Source: Chiloscyllium plagiosum (taxonomy: Eukaryota). Taken from it: DNA of 64,000 bases. Below, piece after piece: positions 41,303 to 54,146 of this stretch. The stretch is from positions 10,018,728 through 10,082,727 of the forward strand of contig NC_057749.1 in the NCBI RefSeq assembly GCF_004010195.1, read 5' to 3'. The notes beneath the pieces were generated by a model. That model ran no database searches. It was not told the origin of the DNA and saw only the letters and a list, made by a program, of their open reading frames with translations. Every line of letters begins with the position of its first letter. Position 1 is the stretch's first letter. The position numbers and the translations under genes were made by a program.

Positions 41303-41652
41303 TTGGTGGCTCAATGGTTAGCACAGCTGCCTCAGGGTGCCAGATACCTGGGTTTGATTCCAGCCTCAGGTTACTCTGCATGTAGAGTTTGCACATTCTC
41401 CCTGTGTTCTGCGTGGGTTTCCTCTGAATGCTCCAGTTTCCTCCCACAGTCCAAAGACATGCAAGTTAGAGTGGATTAGCCGTGCTAAATTGCCCATAGT
41501 GTCCAGGAGTGTGCAGGCTAAGTGGATTAGCCATGGGAAATGCAGGGTTATAGGTATAGGGTTGTGGATGTGTCTGGACAGGATGCTGTTCAGAGGATCT
41601 GTGTGGACGTCTCTGTGGCTGTTCAACCTACTTCCACTGTCGGGATTCTATG
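41303..41652 (+). mobile_element. HE1-type V-SINE
   Basis: Same consensus motifs. Confidence 0.88.
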
Positions 41653-41714
41653 AGTTTATCCGGCTAATATCTGGAATGAATGGATTGCCTCATGGGGAAA
41701 GGCTAGATAGTCTT

Positions 41715-42030
41715 AGATTAGATTAGATTCCCTACTGTATGGAAACAGGCCCTTCGGCCCAACAAGTCCATACCAACCCTCCGAAGAGTAACCCACCCAG
41801 ACCCATTCCCATATTCACCCCTGACTATAAGCAATTTAGCATGACCAATTCACCTGACCTGCACATCTTTGGACTGTGGGAGGAAACCAGAGCACCCGGA
41901 GGAAACCCACACAGACACGGGGAGAAGGTGCAAACTCCACACAGACAGTCAGTCACCCAAGGCAGGAATTGAACCTGGGTCCCTGGTGCTGTGAGGCAGC
42001 AGTGCTAGCTACTGAGCCATTGTGCCACCC
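41715..42030 (-). mobile_element. HE1-type V-SINE
   Basis: Reverse complement of consensus. Confidence 0.88.
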
Positions 42031-43049
42031 CAAACTAAACTCCAGAAGATTCTTGGCCTGTATCTTCTGGAGTTTAGAAGAATCAGAGATCATTTCATTG
42101 ATCATTTCAAGACCCTGAGAGGACTTGACGAGGAGGATGTGGAAAGGATGTTTCCTCATGTGGGAGAATCTACAATGAGGATTACTGTTTAAAAATAAGA
42201 AGTCACCCATTTAAACCAGCAATGATGATCTGTATTATGCCTATTCCCAAAAACCAATCAGAAGTGCCTGGCTATTTCTGTATTTATTTTGTTTTCTCAG
42301 ACCCATTCATTTAAGTCTCCCTTTGCAGAGGTGGCCTTCAGCTGAACTTATGCATAGTCATTTAGAAAAATGTTAATTACTGTCTGAAACCTATGGTTAT
42401 TTGTAGGTGTAAATGATGGAACCTGGCAGCTTCGATATCACGTCACAAGCTGTGAAAAGTTGCAGTTATTTATTGCAACCTCTGACATATGCCACAAAAC
42501 AGGATTGAGAAAAAACGCCTCTGTAAAGAAAGGGACAGTTCATCGTGTAAGAGAACATTGTCAGACCATTAACATCTGAGTTGAATATAAAAGCTAGGGC
42601 TGGGCATCAGTGACTGTACATGAAGCAGATCTGAGCATTGCTGTCCCTGTACACAGGCAAATCACTCCACCAAAAATAATCTCCTGTAATTCTCTTCAAT
42701 GTGGTTTTTCGGAAGTAAGCACGCAATAATTAGCGTTGCAACTTGAGTTTGTACCTAATAATTACTCTCGTTATACAATTGGAAAAGACTGAATCAAAGA
42801 CTGAATGGGGCTAGGTCTTCTTTGTAGTTGCAAATCACTGGCAACTGACACTCGGCTCCTACTTCCCTGCACCATGTCTTTGCCCCTTTACCTCTGGCTG
42901 GGTCTTCCAATCCTGGCTTCCTCAGAAATGCAGAGCATTCCTTCAACTGGAGAGCTTTCGTGTAGCAACAGCAACACAGAACACTAAGAGCTATTTACAG
43001 CTCTCGTCCAGGTTGCACGAGTGAATGGGTGAGTGGCTGAATGAACAAA

Positions 43050-43870
43050 TGGAAAGGGTGGTGAGGGTGGCGGGGGGTGAAGTTGCTGGTGGTTAGAGTG
43101 GCAGATAGTTAGGGTGGCAGGTGGGTGAGGTTGCAGGTGGGTGAGGTTGCAGGTGGTTACGTGGCAGATGGGTGAGATTGCTGGTGGTTAGGTGGCAGAT
43201 GGTTAAAGTGGCAGGTGCGTGAGGTTGCAAGTGGTTAGGTGGCAGATGGTTAGGATGGCAGGTGGGTGAGGTTGCAGGTGGTTACGTGGCAGATGGGTGA
43301 GATTGCTGGTGGTTAGGTGGCAGATGGTTAAAGTGGCAGGTGCGTGAGGTTGCAAGTGGTTAGGTGGCAGATGGTTAGGATGGCAGGTGGGTGAGGTTGC
43401 AGGTGGTTACGTGGCAGATGGGTGAGATTGCTGGTGGTTAGGTGGCAGATGGTTAAAGTGGCAGGTGCGTGAGGTTGCAAGTGGTTAGGTGGCAGATGGT
43501 TAGGATGGCAGGTGGGTGAGGTTGCAGGTGGTTAGGTGGCAGATGGTTAGGATGGCAGGTGGGTGAGGTTGCAGGTGGTTAGGTNNNNNNNNNNNNNNNN
43601 NNNNNNNNNNNNNNNNNNNNNNNNNNNNNNNNNNNNNNNNNNNNNNNNNNNNNNNNNNNNNNNNNNNNNNNNNNNNNNNNNNNNNNNNNNNNNNNNNNNN
43701 NNNNNNNNNNNNNNNNNNNNNNNNNNNNNNNNNNNNGCAGGTGGGTGAGATTGCAGGTGGTGAGGGTGGCAGGTGGGTGAGGTTTCAGATGGTTAGGTGG
43801 CAGATGGTTAGGTTCAGGTGGTCAGAGTGGCAGGTGGGTGAGGTTGCAGGTGGTGAGGGTGGCAGGTGAA
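43050..43870 (+). repeat. G-rich minisatellite, 15-16-bp monomers in a 125-bp higher-order repeat
   Basis: Monomers GGTGGCAGATGGTTA / GGTTGCAGGTGGGTGA; identical blocks start at 43141, 43266, 43391; gap inside. Confidence 0.92.
43585..43736. other. Assembly gap within minisatellite
   Basis: Run of N. Confidence 1.
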
Positions 43871-44209
43871 AATGCAGTGGGTCAGGTCAGGAGGGGTTGC
43901 CAGGCTGAGTGAGTCAGTCCCGGACAGTGGGGAGGGTGGAGAGTGGAGTTGATTTGAGTGTACTGGATGGCAGGAATTCATCAAACTGGGTCAGGGGAAG
44001 GAACCACTGAATGAGTGTGGTTGGGTAGGTAAAGGCAATTGCATTAAGTCTGATATCAGGGGGATAGTCGGGGATTAGTCAAGTCAGGTGGAAGGGTGAT
44101 AATCAGGTGATGGAGTTAGTTAGGTCTAACTACCAAGAAAACCTGAGACATTTTAAATTCAGTGGCTAGCTTATTGCTTTGACAACATCTCTATAAAACT
44201 TGCTATACA

Positions 44210-45170
44210 TACAGAACATAGAACATGTAGGACAATACAGCGCAGAACAGGCCCTTCAGCCCTTGATGTTGCACCGATCTGTGAACCAATGTAAGCCCAA
44301 TCTCCCTACACTTTCCCATCATCATCCAAATGCTTAATCAAGGACTGTTTAAATGCCCCTAATGTGTCTGAGTTAACTACTTTGGCTGGCAGCGCATTCC
44401 ACGCCCTTACCATTCTCTGAGTAAAGAACCTGCCTCTGACATCTGTCTTAAATCTATCACCCCTCAATTTGCAGCTATGCCCCTTCGTACAAGCCAACAT
44501 CATCATCCAAGGAAAAAGACTCTCACTGTCCACCCTATCTAAACCTCTGAACATCTTGCATGTCTCTATTAAATCCCCTCTTAGCCTTCATCTCTCCAAT
44601 GAGAACAGACTCAAGTCCCTCAGCCTTTTCTCATAGAGAAAAGGCTCCAAACTCAATCTCTCTACCAATAACACCTAACACAACATATGCCTTCTTAACA
44701 GCACTATCAACCTGGTGGCAACTTTCAGGGATCTATGTACGTGGACACCAAGATCCCTCTGCACATCTACACTAGCAAGAATCTTTCCATTGACCCAGTA
44801 CTCTGCCTTCCTGTTATTCTTCCCAAAGTGAATCACCTCACATTTATCTGCATTGAACTCTATTTGCCACCTCTCAGCCCAATTCTGCAGTTTATCCAAG
44901 TCCCCCTGTAAGCTGCAACATTCCTCCACACTGTCGACCACTCCACCGACTTTAGTGTCATCTGCAAACTTACTAACCAATCCACCTATGCCTGCATTTA
45001 AGTCATTTATAAAAATGACAAACAGCAGTGATCTCAAACAGATCCTTGTGGCACACCACTAGTAACTGGACTCCAGGCTGAATATTTTCCATCAACTTGC
45101 TGTCTTCTTACAGAAAGCCAGTTTCTAATCCAAACTGCTATAACACCCTTAAACCCATGCCTCCCATGAC
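44210..45170 (-). mobile_element. CR1 LINE RT/3' fragment
   Basis: VTSGVPQGSV, FINDL...SKFADDTK, FNADKCEVIHFG, FFTQRMVRAWNALP. Confidence 0.9.
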
Positions 45171-45887
45171 TAAAGAGTGTTCCACACTTATTAGGAATCA
45201 GTGCTTTGTGGCACATAACTGCCTCAGAGGTTACAGATCCTCATGACCCTTACCTGGACTATCACTAATGCACATTTCAAAATCAGCAATATGGTTTGTT
45301 TATAAAATCTATCCTTGAAGATTGGTTAGGCTGTCTAATCTATAAAGCTTTTACACCTTAAATCTAAAAGAGCAGAATGGGATTGATCGTGAGAAATACT
45401 GTCATTTCTGAAGTATGGCTCAGAAATACAACTTGTGAAAACTAGAATTGCATTTTAGTTACCAAATCGATGTGCAAAGGCTGAACTGGAATTCACACAG
45501 CACACATCAGCCTTGGCTAAAATTGAATGGAACAGAATGTATCGACTATACTGGTGGTCATGCATTTCAGGACATCCAGAGATTTTGAAAGATGCTATAT
45601 AAATGCAAGCTTCTCCCTTTAACATAAACTGTCATGGGAGAAATAGCACATGGCCATGTGAGAGAAAATGTTTTGCAGATGGAATGTAATCCTTTCCCCT
45701 TTCACAAGGTGGTGCTGTAAGCAACGTTTCAGTGAAAGTAATGAAGGTGTGTGGGGTAGATATTAAAAGATAGGGAAATGTTGGGGGCATGATGGTGGTC
45801 AGCAACTTTAAGAGAGTTTGATGCTGACACAATACAGAGAAATTGGGAAATATTAAAATATTTTGTTGGCCACATTTTGTTATTTTG

Positions 45888-46215
45888 GGTGGCACATGGC
45901 TCAGTGATCAGCACTGCTGCCTCACAGCGTCAGGTACCCAAGTTCAATTCCATCCTCGGGTGACTGTCTGTGTGGAGTTTGCACATTCTCCCCGTGTCTG
46001 TGTGGGTTTCCTCCGGGTGCTCCGGTTTCCTCCCACAGTGCAAAGGGTTGGTGGATTGCCATGCTAAATTGCCCAGGGATGTGCAGGCTGGGTGGGTTAG
46101 TCATGGGGAATGCAGGGTTACAGGGATGAGGTGGGTCTGGGTGGAGTGCACTTCAGAGGTTTGGTGCGGGCTGGATGGGCCAAATGGCCTGCTTCCACAC
46201 TGTAGGGACTCTATG
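45888..46215 (+). mobile_element. HE1-type V-SINE
   Basis: Same consensus motifs. Confidence 0.88.
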
Positions 46216-46689
46216 AGTCTAATGTTCACCAGCTCCCGCATGGTTTTGAGTCCCTTGAGTCTGCTCCATCATTCAACCAGCCCATGACTGGTCTTCTACC
46301 TGAACAACATTTAATCACAGTATCTCCATATCCCTTGATGTCTTTTATACCTAGAAATCTATCAAGCTCGGTCTTGAATAAACTCAATGACTGAGCCTCT
46401 ACAGCTTTTGGGATTGGGATTTCCAAAAAAATAAGGAATAATTCATGTCTGATATTTTGGAAACCGCAAGTTGCTTGCATGATGTTCCAATTGATTTCAC
46501 AAATAACTTTATTTCCAAAAGACATGTAATGGAATATATCTATCAAATATCTAAGCACTCGTTGCATTTTTCCAATGCTGTGTTGGTTTTATCCTGTCCA
46601 AAGATACATATATTTTCAACAGCAGACCACCAGAGAAAACTTCTGGGTTATCCAAGATGGAGGATGGGAAAAATATCTGGCTGTAACAT

Positions 46690-49030
46690 GCTGCTCCTTT
46701 TTTGTAGTATTTTAGGTGTTGGGGGAGATTTCCTCGAATTTCAGGAGCAGCAATTACTGTTTTCTATGCTGTTGCATTGCTTTGGAACTTTGGAGATAAG
46801 AAAATCAAAACAATGGCACTTTTAAAAGGGAGAGGAAGAGACAAAGGCAGCACATGATCTGTGCAGGAGAGAGAGAGAGAGAAAGAAACCCACACTGCTA
46901 ACTGACAGAACAGTGAACCTATGCAGTTTCTGCCTTTGCTGTTTGAATTCATGTATCACTGGACATCGGAGTGCATCAAGGGAAATTATCAAACGGTGAA
47001 ACCTGTTTGGGAGAGGTCACAGCACAGAAACAGAAAAGTGGATATTTTTAAGTGTGTCCTTACAATAAGTTTGCAACAGTGAATAGAGTGGGTTCTTTCT
47101 TGATTATATGTTTTATTGAGCTATGTCTCTTGATTAAACTTTAAAATATAAGCCATAAGTATTAAGTTAGCCTGGAGCAGTATTTTGTAGAGGAATAAGA
47201 CAGTGCTATTTTCTGGGTCTGTACATTGAAAGAAGCAAAAATGGCCTTTAGTCGAATGATATGCTCTTCTTGTCGGATGTGGGAGTTTAGGGAGAGTTTA
47301 CGTGTTACTGAGGATTATATCTGCAATAAATACTGTTGGTTGTGAATCCTATCAGATTGAATGGATTGTTTGGAGAGACAGTTAGAGGCAATGAGGAATT
47401 TACAATAGGAAGGGGATGTGATGGATATCAATTATAGGAAGGGAGAGAAGTTGCAGATACAGTCACATAGATGGCTTAACCTCAGGAAAGGTAAGAGGTA
47501 GGCAGTTAGTGAGGGAGGCTTCTGTGGCTATCCTCATTTCAAACAAGTACCCTGTTTTGGAAAATGTAGGGATTATGGATTTTCAGGGGAATGTAGCACA
47601 AACAGCCATGTTTCTGGTATTGAGACTGGCTCCAATGCAGTGAGAGGTTCATTGGGTTCCATGAGATCAATTGTGTTAGGGGACTCTCTATTCTGAGGCA
47701 CAGACAGACGTTTCTGTGGCCAGCAGTGAAAAATCAGATTGGTGAGTTGCCTCCCTGGTGCCAGGATCAAGGATATCTCAGAGAGGGTGCAGAATGTTCT
47801 CAAAGTGGAGAGGAACCAGCAGGAGGTCATTGTACACATTGGAACCAATGACATAGGAAGGGAAAAGGATGAGATTCTGAAGGGAGAACATAGAGAGTTA
47901 GGTAGGAACTTTAAAAGGAGGTTCTTGAGAGTAGTAATATCTGGATTATTCCTGGTGCTGCGAGCTAGTGAGGGCAGGAATAGGAGGATAGAGCAGATGA
48001 ATGCATTTTTGAGGAGCTGGTGTATGGGAGAAGGATTTGCATTTTTGGATCATTGGAAACTCTTCTGGGGTAGAAGTGACCTGTACAAGAAGGACAGATT
48101 GCACCTGAATTGGAAGAGGATTGATATACTGGCAGGGAAATTTGCTAGAGCTGCTCAGGAGGTGGGGGGGTGGGACCAAGAGAGATAATGAGGAAAGAGG
48201 TCAATTTGAAACTGTACAGTTGATAAAAGAAGTGAGTCAAACAGTCAGGCAGGCAGGGACATAGCAGAGAACAAGGTAGGACTGATAAATTAAACTGCAG
48301 TTATTTCAATGCAAGAGGCCTAACAGGGAAGGCAGATGAAATCAGGACATTGTTGGGAATATGGGACTGGGATATCATAGCAATTACAGAAACATGGCTC
48401 AGGGATGGACAGGACTGGCAGCTTAATGTTCCAGGATACAAATGTTACAGGTAGACAGAAAGGGAGGCAAGAGAAGAGGGGGAGTGGTTTTCGATAAGGG
48501 ATAGCATTACAGCTGTGCTGAGGGAGGACATTCCCAGAAATACAGGGAAGTTATTTGGGTGGAACTGAGAAATAAGAAAGGGATGATCACCTTATTGAGA
48601 TTGTATTATAGACTCCCTAATAGAGGGAAATTGAGAAACAAATTTGTGAGGAGATCTCAGTTATCTGCAAGAATAATAGGGTGGTTATGGGAGGGAATTT
48701 TAACTTTCCAAACATACACTGGGACTGCCGTACGGTTAAGGGTTTAGATGGATAGGTTTAAGGTGAGGGGGGAAAGACATAAAAGGGACCTAAAGGGTAA
48801 CTTTTTCACACAGAGGGTGGTGCATGTATGGAATGAGCTGCCAGAGGATGTGGTGGAGGCTAGTACAATTGCAACATTTAAAAGGCATCTGGATGGGTAT
48901 ATGAATAGGAAGGGTTTGGAGAAATATGGGGCAGGTGCTGGCAAGTGGAGCTAGATTGGGTTGGGATATCTGGTTGGCATGGACGAGTTGGACCGAAGGG
49001 TCTGTTTCCATGCTGTACATCTCTATGACT
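46690..49030 (+). mobile_element. CR1-type LINE: 5' UTR, ORF1 (CxxC finger, coiled coil, SGNH esterase), start of ORF2 APE, fused to 3' tail (internal deletion)
   Basis: ATG 47241 MAFSRMICSSCRMWEF; IVLGDS, CLPGARIKDI, VHIGTNDIG, DRLHLN; YFNARGL...IAITETWL; then FKVRGER...NFFTQRVVHVWNELP and tail ...ctctatgact. Confidence 0.9.
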
Positions 49031-50434
49031 CGAAAAGAAACAGCAGCAGCACAAGTAGGCCATTTGGCCTACTTGGGCCTGATGCTCCATTCAACAAAAT
49101 CCTGGAGCCTTCATTGCTCACTGACCAAGAGAATTCTAAAGGTAAATGATTGAGACAGGGAGTTCTTCTTCATCTCTCTATTAAGCCCCTTCAATTTCTT
49201 ACAATAAGATCACCTCTCAATCCTATAAGCTTGAATGAATATTGACCCAGGTCTATTCAGTGTCTTGGCATCCAGTTGTTTGAAAATAAGGGATCTCCTA
49301 TTTAAGACAGCGATGAGATTTTTTTTTCTCTGAGGACAATGAGTTTGTGGATTTCTCTGCCTCAGAGAGAGGCGGAGACAGGGGCTATGAGTATTTTACA
49401 GCTCAGTTAGTCAGATTCTTGACCTACAGGGAATATGCAGGATAAAAGACATATTTACCTTAGTAGGAGTGCAGCGAAGGTTGCAATGCTGAAACATGAG
49501 ATGGCAAGACTGTCCTATGAGGAGAAATTGGTTTGACTGAGCCTGTAATCACTAGGTTTTAAGATGAATAAGAGAGGATCTGGTAGAAATGGATAAGATT
49601 CAAAATGGGCTGGACAGACCCAAAGCAGGTAGGATATGTTTTACTGGTCTAGAACCAGGCAATATAGTTTTAGGAGACTGGGTACACCATTTAGGACAGA
49701 GATGAGGAAACTTTTCTTCACTCACTTGGTAGAGAACATGTAGAATTCTGATCATAGAACTTTGTGGAGGCCAAGAAACTGAATATATTCAAGAAAGAAA
49801 AATACAAACCTTTTGGGAATTTAAAGGTGTCAAGGGATAGGGAGAGAAAATGGGAATATAGCTATGCTGTAAGACTCTATGGCATTGATGGAGGATCAGC
49901 CGTGGTTTTATTGAGTGATGGAGCAGGCTCTAATGGCCTATTCCTGCTTTTGGTTTCTGTGGTAATAGAGTTGAGGCCACAGACAAATCAGCCATGACCT
50001 TACTGAATGGTGGTGCACTGTGGATGATTTGAATGGCTTCCTGTTCCTGACTGGTCTGCTTCTTCAGTATCTGTAGGTAACAACTTGTTCCTGACACAAA
50101 GCTGATGGTGATCCACTGATGATCACTGGACAGACTGATGAGACTTGGAAAACAATAGAGCTGGAATCTGTGAGAATTTCATGATGACATTGGAAATGTT
50201 ATGGTTTGAATCTGCCATGGCCTTTGAAACATTTGGCACATTCACGACCATGCTCCCTTGCAAACCCTGACAAGGAAAGGGCTCAAACTAAGTTGCAAAT
50301 GTGTGCAATAAACTGATGGATGGAAGAATGAATAAATGAGCTTTACTGTCACACGTACTCATATGTGTACAGCGGAAAATTTACAATCCCTGCATTACAG
50401 CGCCATCTTAGATGCACGAGGTACCTTTTGGTTT

Positions 50435-50760
50435 GGCACGGTGGCTCAGTGGTTAGCACTGCTGCCTCACAGCGTCAGGGACACGGGTTCAATCCCAACC
50501 TCGGGTGACTGTACGGAGTTTGCACATTCTCCCCATGTATGTGTGGGTTTCCTCCAGGTGCTCCGGTTTCCTCCCACAGTCCAAAGACATACGGGTTAGG
50601 TAAATTGGCCATGCTAAATTGCCCACAGTGTCCGGGAATGTGCAGGCCAGGTGGGTTAGCCATAAGAGATACAGGGTTAGGCCTGGGTGCAATGCTCTTC
50701 TGAGGGTCGGTGGACACTTGATGGGCTGAATGGCCTGCTTCCACAATGTAGAAATTCTAT
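50435..50760 (+). mobile_element. HE1-type V-SINE upstream of SORD promoter
   Basis: Same consensus motifs. Confidence 0.88.
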
Positions 50761-50959
50761 CCTCTGTGGATTCTGGGTACAGATGCTTAAGACCAAAGTC
50801 TTGGGAAACAAAACATATGAGAATAATAAAGCACTTCGGTGTAATTTGCAGGCGCTTGGACCTGCCTCTGTAACTTTGGGCACAGCTCTGCATGACTGAA
50901 AGGGGGGTGGGGGCAGTTTTCAGTATCCACCCCCTCTCTTGGGGTAAATAATGACGGGG

Positions 50960-51275
50960 GATGGATGTCACAGGCAGCTACATCCCACGCCTGAAAGGTT
51001 ACCTTGATCGTTTTTGTGACGCAAGATGTGTTAAAAACGCCCAGGAGCCGTGCCGAGGAAACACTGTAGTGAGAGTGTGTACGTCTGTGTGCATGTGTGT
51101 GTCCAACCAACTTGGGCGGAAGAGACCAGCCGAGATACACCAACAAAAAGGCCGAATAGACCAATGATAGCTTCATCTCAATAAGACAGAGCGCCCTTCG
51201 CTGAACGTTCAGCCCCCCAATTATCTTCGAGCCTTTTTTTTCGAACTCACCAGTCACAGGGAGAACAGACTGAGG
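50960..51275 (+). promoter_or_regulatory. SORD proximal promoter / 5' UTR
   Basis: Locally CpG-rich in a CpG-poor window; GC box GGGCGG 51114-51119, CCAAT at 51161 and 51217, 14-bp palindrome GCTGAACGTTCAGC 51200-51213, immediately upstream of SORD ATG. Confidence 0.7.
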
Positions 51276-51326
51276 ATGTCGGAGAATCTATCTCTGGTGG
51301 TCCACGGACCAGGCGATATAAAACTG
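51276..51326 (+). CDS. SORD: Sorbitol dehydrogenase coding exon 1 (MSENLSLVVHGPGDIKL)
   Basis: ATG at 51276; peptide matches vertebrate SORD N-terminus (NLSLVVHGPGDLRL); donor CTG|gtaacc, phase 0. Confidence 0.96.
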
Positions 51327-51985
51327 GTAACCCGTCTGCCTGGACAGTCTTGTCTGTCTTGCACTTGCATTGAGATCTTGCTGTGTTCCAGACGGTTTCC
51401 TGGCATTGGGTCTAGGGGTCAAGTACATGTGAAGAAAGCTGGAGTTTATTCTGTCTTAGCAGAACAACGTGGTCGACTCTGAATCGCCCTTTGGGACAAT
51501 TAGGGATAGACAATAAATGCTCACCTAGCCAGTGATACCCTCATCCTCTGAATGAATTAAGAAAAATCTAAGAGAATGTTTGACAGAAGTGTTTGAAATG
51601 ATCACAACTGGATAAAAGAATGCATTTTGTTTAAAAATGCAATCCCCCGCCCCCTTCCCCCCCCCCCCCCCAAATACTGTAATCTACAGGAGGACTGAGT
51701 ATCATGTGATGTTTTAGGCAACTGTTTTACAGAAAGAGAATATATAGTGATAATGGAAGGAAAATAATTTAACATGAATGGAATGATTCAGGAGATGGTG
51801 ATAAAGTCACTGGGACTGCTAGTCCAGTGGCTCCAGGCTAAAGGGTTTGGGACATAGGTTCAAATCTTACTATAGCCACCAATGGAATTTAAATTTAAGG
51901 AATAAATCTGGTGCTTAACAACTAGTCTCAGTAATGGTAACCATGACAATTTTTGTCAATACCCATATGGTTCACTAATGTGCTT

Positions 51986-52265
51986 TAGATTAGATTCACT
52001 ACAGTATGGAAACAGGCTATTTGGCCCAATAAGTCCACACTAATCCTCCTAAGAGTAACCCACCCAGACCCATTTCCCTTTGACTAATGCACCTAACACT
52101 GTGGGCAATTTAGCATGGCCAATTCACCCCACATCTTTGGACTGTGGGAGGAAACCGGCACAGACACAGGGATAATGTGCAAACTCCACACAGTCAGTCA
52201 CGCAAGGCTGGAATCAAACCCAGGTCCCTGGTGCTGAGGTAGTGGTGCTACCCGCTGTGCCACCC
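51986..52265 (-). mobile_element. HE1-type V-SINE (SORD intron 1)
   Basis: Reverse complement of consensus. Confidence 0.85.
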
Positions 52266-52659
52266 AGTTTTAATGAAGGAAGTCTACCATCTTGCCCTGA
52301 TCTGACTTAAGTACAACTCTGGACTCACAGTGACGTGATTGACTCTGACACTGACTAAGTAAATTATGTTAGACAAGCAGGAGGCTGGAAGAATACAGCA
52401 AGCCAGGCAGCATCAGGAGGTGGAGATGTCAACATTTTGGGTGTAACCTTTCTGCTTTGTCTATCTTGGATTCCAGCATCTGCCGTATTTTTGTCTCTGA
52501 GTAAACCATGTAGCTGAAGGATAATAAGGGACTGGCAACAAATGCTGGCTTTTGCCCAGTAATGTCCCCATCCACCATGGACAAGTAACATTTATTGACC
52601 AACTTGGAATATAATGATTCTGGATGACTATTTTATTGCTGAAGCTTCCATAATGATTT

Positions 52660-53460
52660 CATCCAAGGTTTCCAAGGGATGGTTTACTTAATTGCATGTT
52701 TTTGAAAGGAAAGGTAGTCTTTGGAAGAAATAACACGACAAGGAAGCACTCAGTGAATGGCAGGACACTAGGAAGCTCAGAGGAACCGAAGAGTCTCAGG
52801 GTGCTTATCCACAGATCCCTGAAGGAGGCAGGACAGTTTAACAGGGTAGTTAAGAAGGCACAGGGGACACTTGCTTTTATCAGTCGAAGCATAGATTACA
52901 AGAACAGGGAGAATATGTTAAAACTGTACAGGTCTCTGGTAGGGCCACAGCTGGAGTACTGTGTGCAGTTCTGGTCACCCAACTCTAGGAAGGATGAGAT
53001 TTTACAGGAAGGGGTACAGAGAAGAATCTTCCGGATGTTGCCTTGGATGGAGTATTTTAAAAAGGCAGGATTAGAATTATGCTGGAAAAGCACAGCAGGT
53101 CAGGCAGCATCCGAGGAGCACGAAAATCGACGTTTCGGGCAAAAGCCCTTCATCAGGAAGCAGGATAAGCTTGGGTTATTTTCTTTGAAACAAAGAAGGC
53201 TGAAAGGGGACCTGGATTGTGACGATAAAATTATGAGGGGCATAGAGAGGGGCATAGAGAAGGTAAAAATAATTGTTCCCTTTTGTTGAAGGCCCAATAG
53301 CAAGGAGATGTAATTTTAAAGTGAAAGGTATAAGGTTTACAGTGGATTTGAAGGAACATTTTGTTGAGGGAATCGGGGAATGCACTGACAGGGAGCATAG
53401 TTGAGGTGGGAATCCTCACAACCATTAAAAAGTATTTAATAAGCAATTGAAATGGTTGAC
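52660..53460 (+). mobile_element. CR1 LINE 3' fragment in SORD intron 1, carrying a hammerhead insert
   Basis: LYRSLVGPQLEYCVQFWSP, LFSLKQRRLKGDL. Confidence 0.85.
53126..53159 (-). ncRNA. Minimal hammerhead motif, family 1, intact core
   Basis: Minus strand UUC-CUGAUGA-A-GGGC-UUUU-GCCC-GAAACGUC-GAU; GUC triplet, palindromic ACGU; stem I only ~2 bp; antisense within SORD intron 1. Confidence 0.6.
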
Positions 53461-53548
53461 TCTTGATCAGCACTGGAATCAAGGGTTATTGGGAAAATAT
53501 AGGAAAATGAATATGAGGAATGATGGATCAGCCGTAATCCTATTGAAG

Positions 53549-53761
53549 TCTAGATTAGAGTGGTGCTGGAAAAGGACAGCAGGTTAGACTGCATCCGAGG
53601 AGCAGGAAAATCAATGGGTTTCAGACAAAAGCCCTTCATCAGGAGTGAACGATGAAAAATCGATTTTCCTGCTTCTCAGATGCTGCCTGCCCTGCTGTGC
53701 TTTTCCAGCACCACTCTAATCTAGAGTCTGCTTTCCAGCATCTGCAGTCCTCACTTTTGCA
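53549..53761. mobile_element. Palindromic Penelope-like short insert, family 1
   Basis: tctagattagagtggtgctggaaaag ... cttttccagcaccactctaatctaga inverted arms; imperfect TSD 53535-53548 / 53762-53775. Confidence 0.75.
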
Positions 53762-54146
53762 TAATCATACTGAAGCAGACTTGGGCTGAATGGTCTACTC
53801 TGGTTCCTATTTTGTATGGCCTTTGAAATGGCATGACATTCATGGTTATGGGTCAAGTTCTGAAAGTGGGACCAGAGTAGATTTAGAGTAGTTTTTTGTC
53901 AATGCAGACTTGATGGGCTGAAGGGTCTAGTTATATGATCATATGGTGACTCCTGTCATTGTGATCCTATTGTACTTTGTCCAGGAGGTTATGCTGCAGT
54001 GATGATTGAGAGGCAAGAGGTCTTTCCCCCCTCTGCCCTCACCGTTCACCATTCAGGTTATCTGGGAACCATACAATCTGCTACGTTTTTGGTCATAAAA
54101 TCTCAATGTCCATTTCTATCACATAGTGTATTTCTTCTCTTTGCAG

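Noticed and set aside
43050..43870. CRISPR-like or telomeric array
   Set aside because: No unique spacers, not (TTAGGG)n, eukaryotic context; it is a minisatellite
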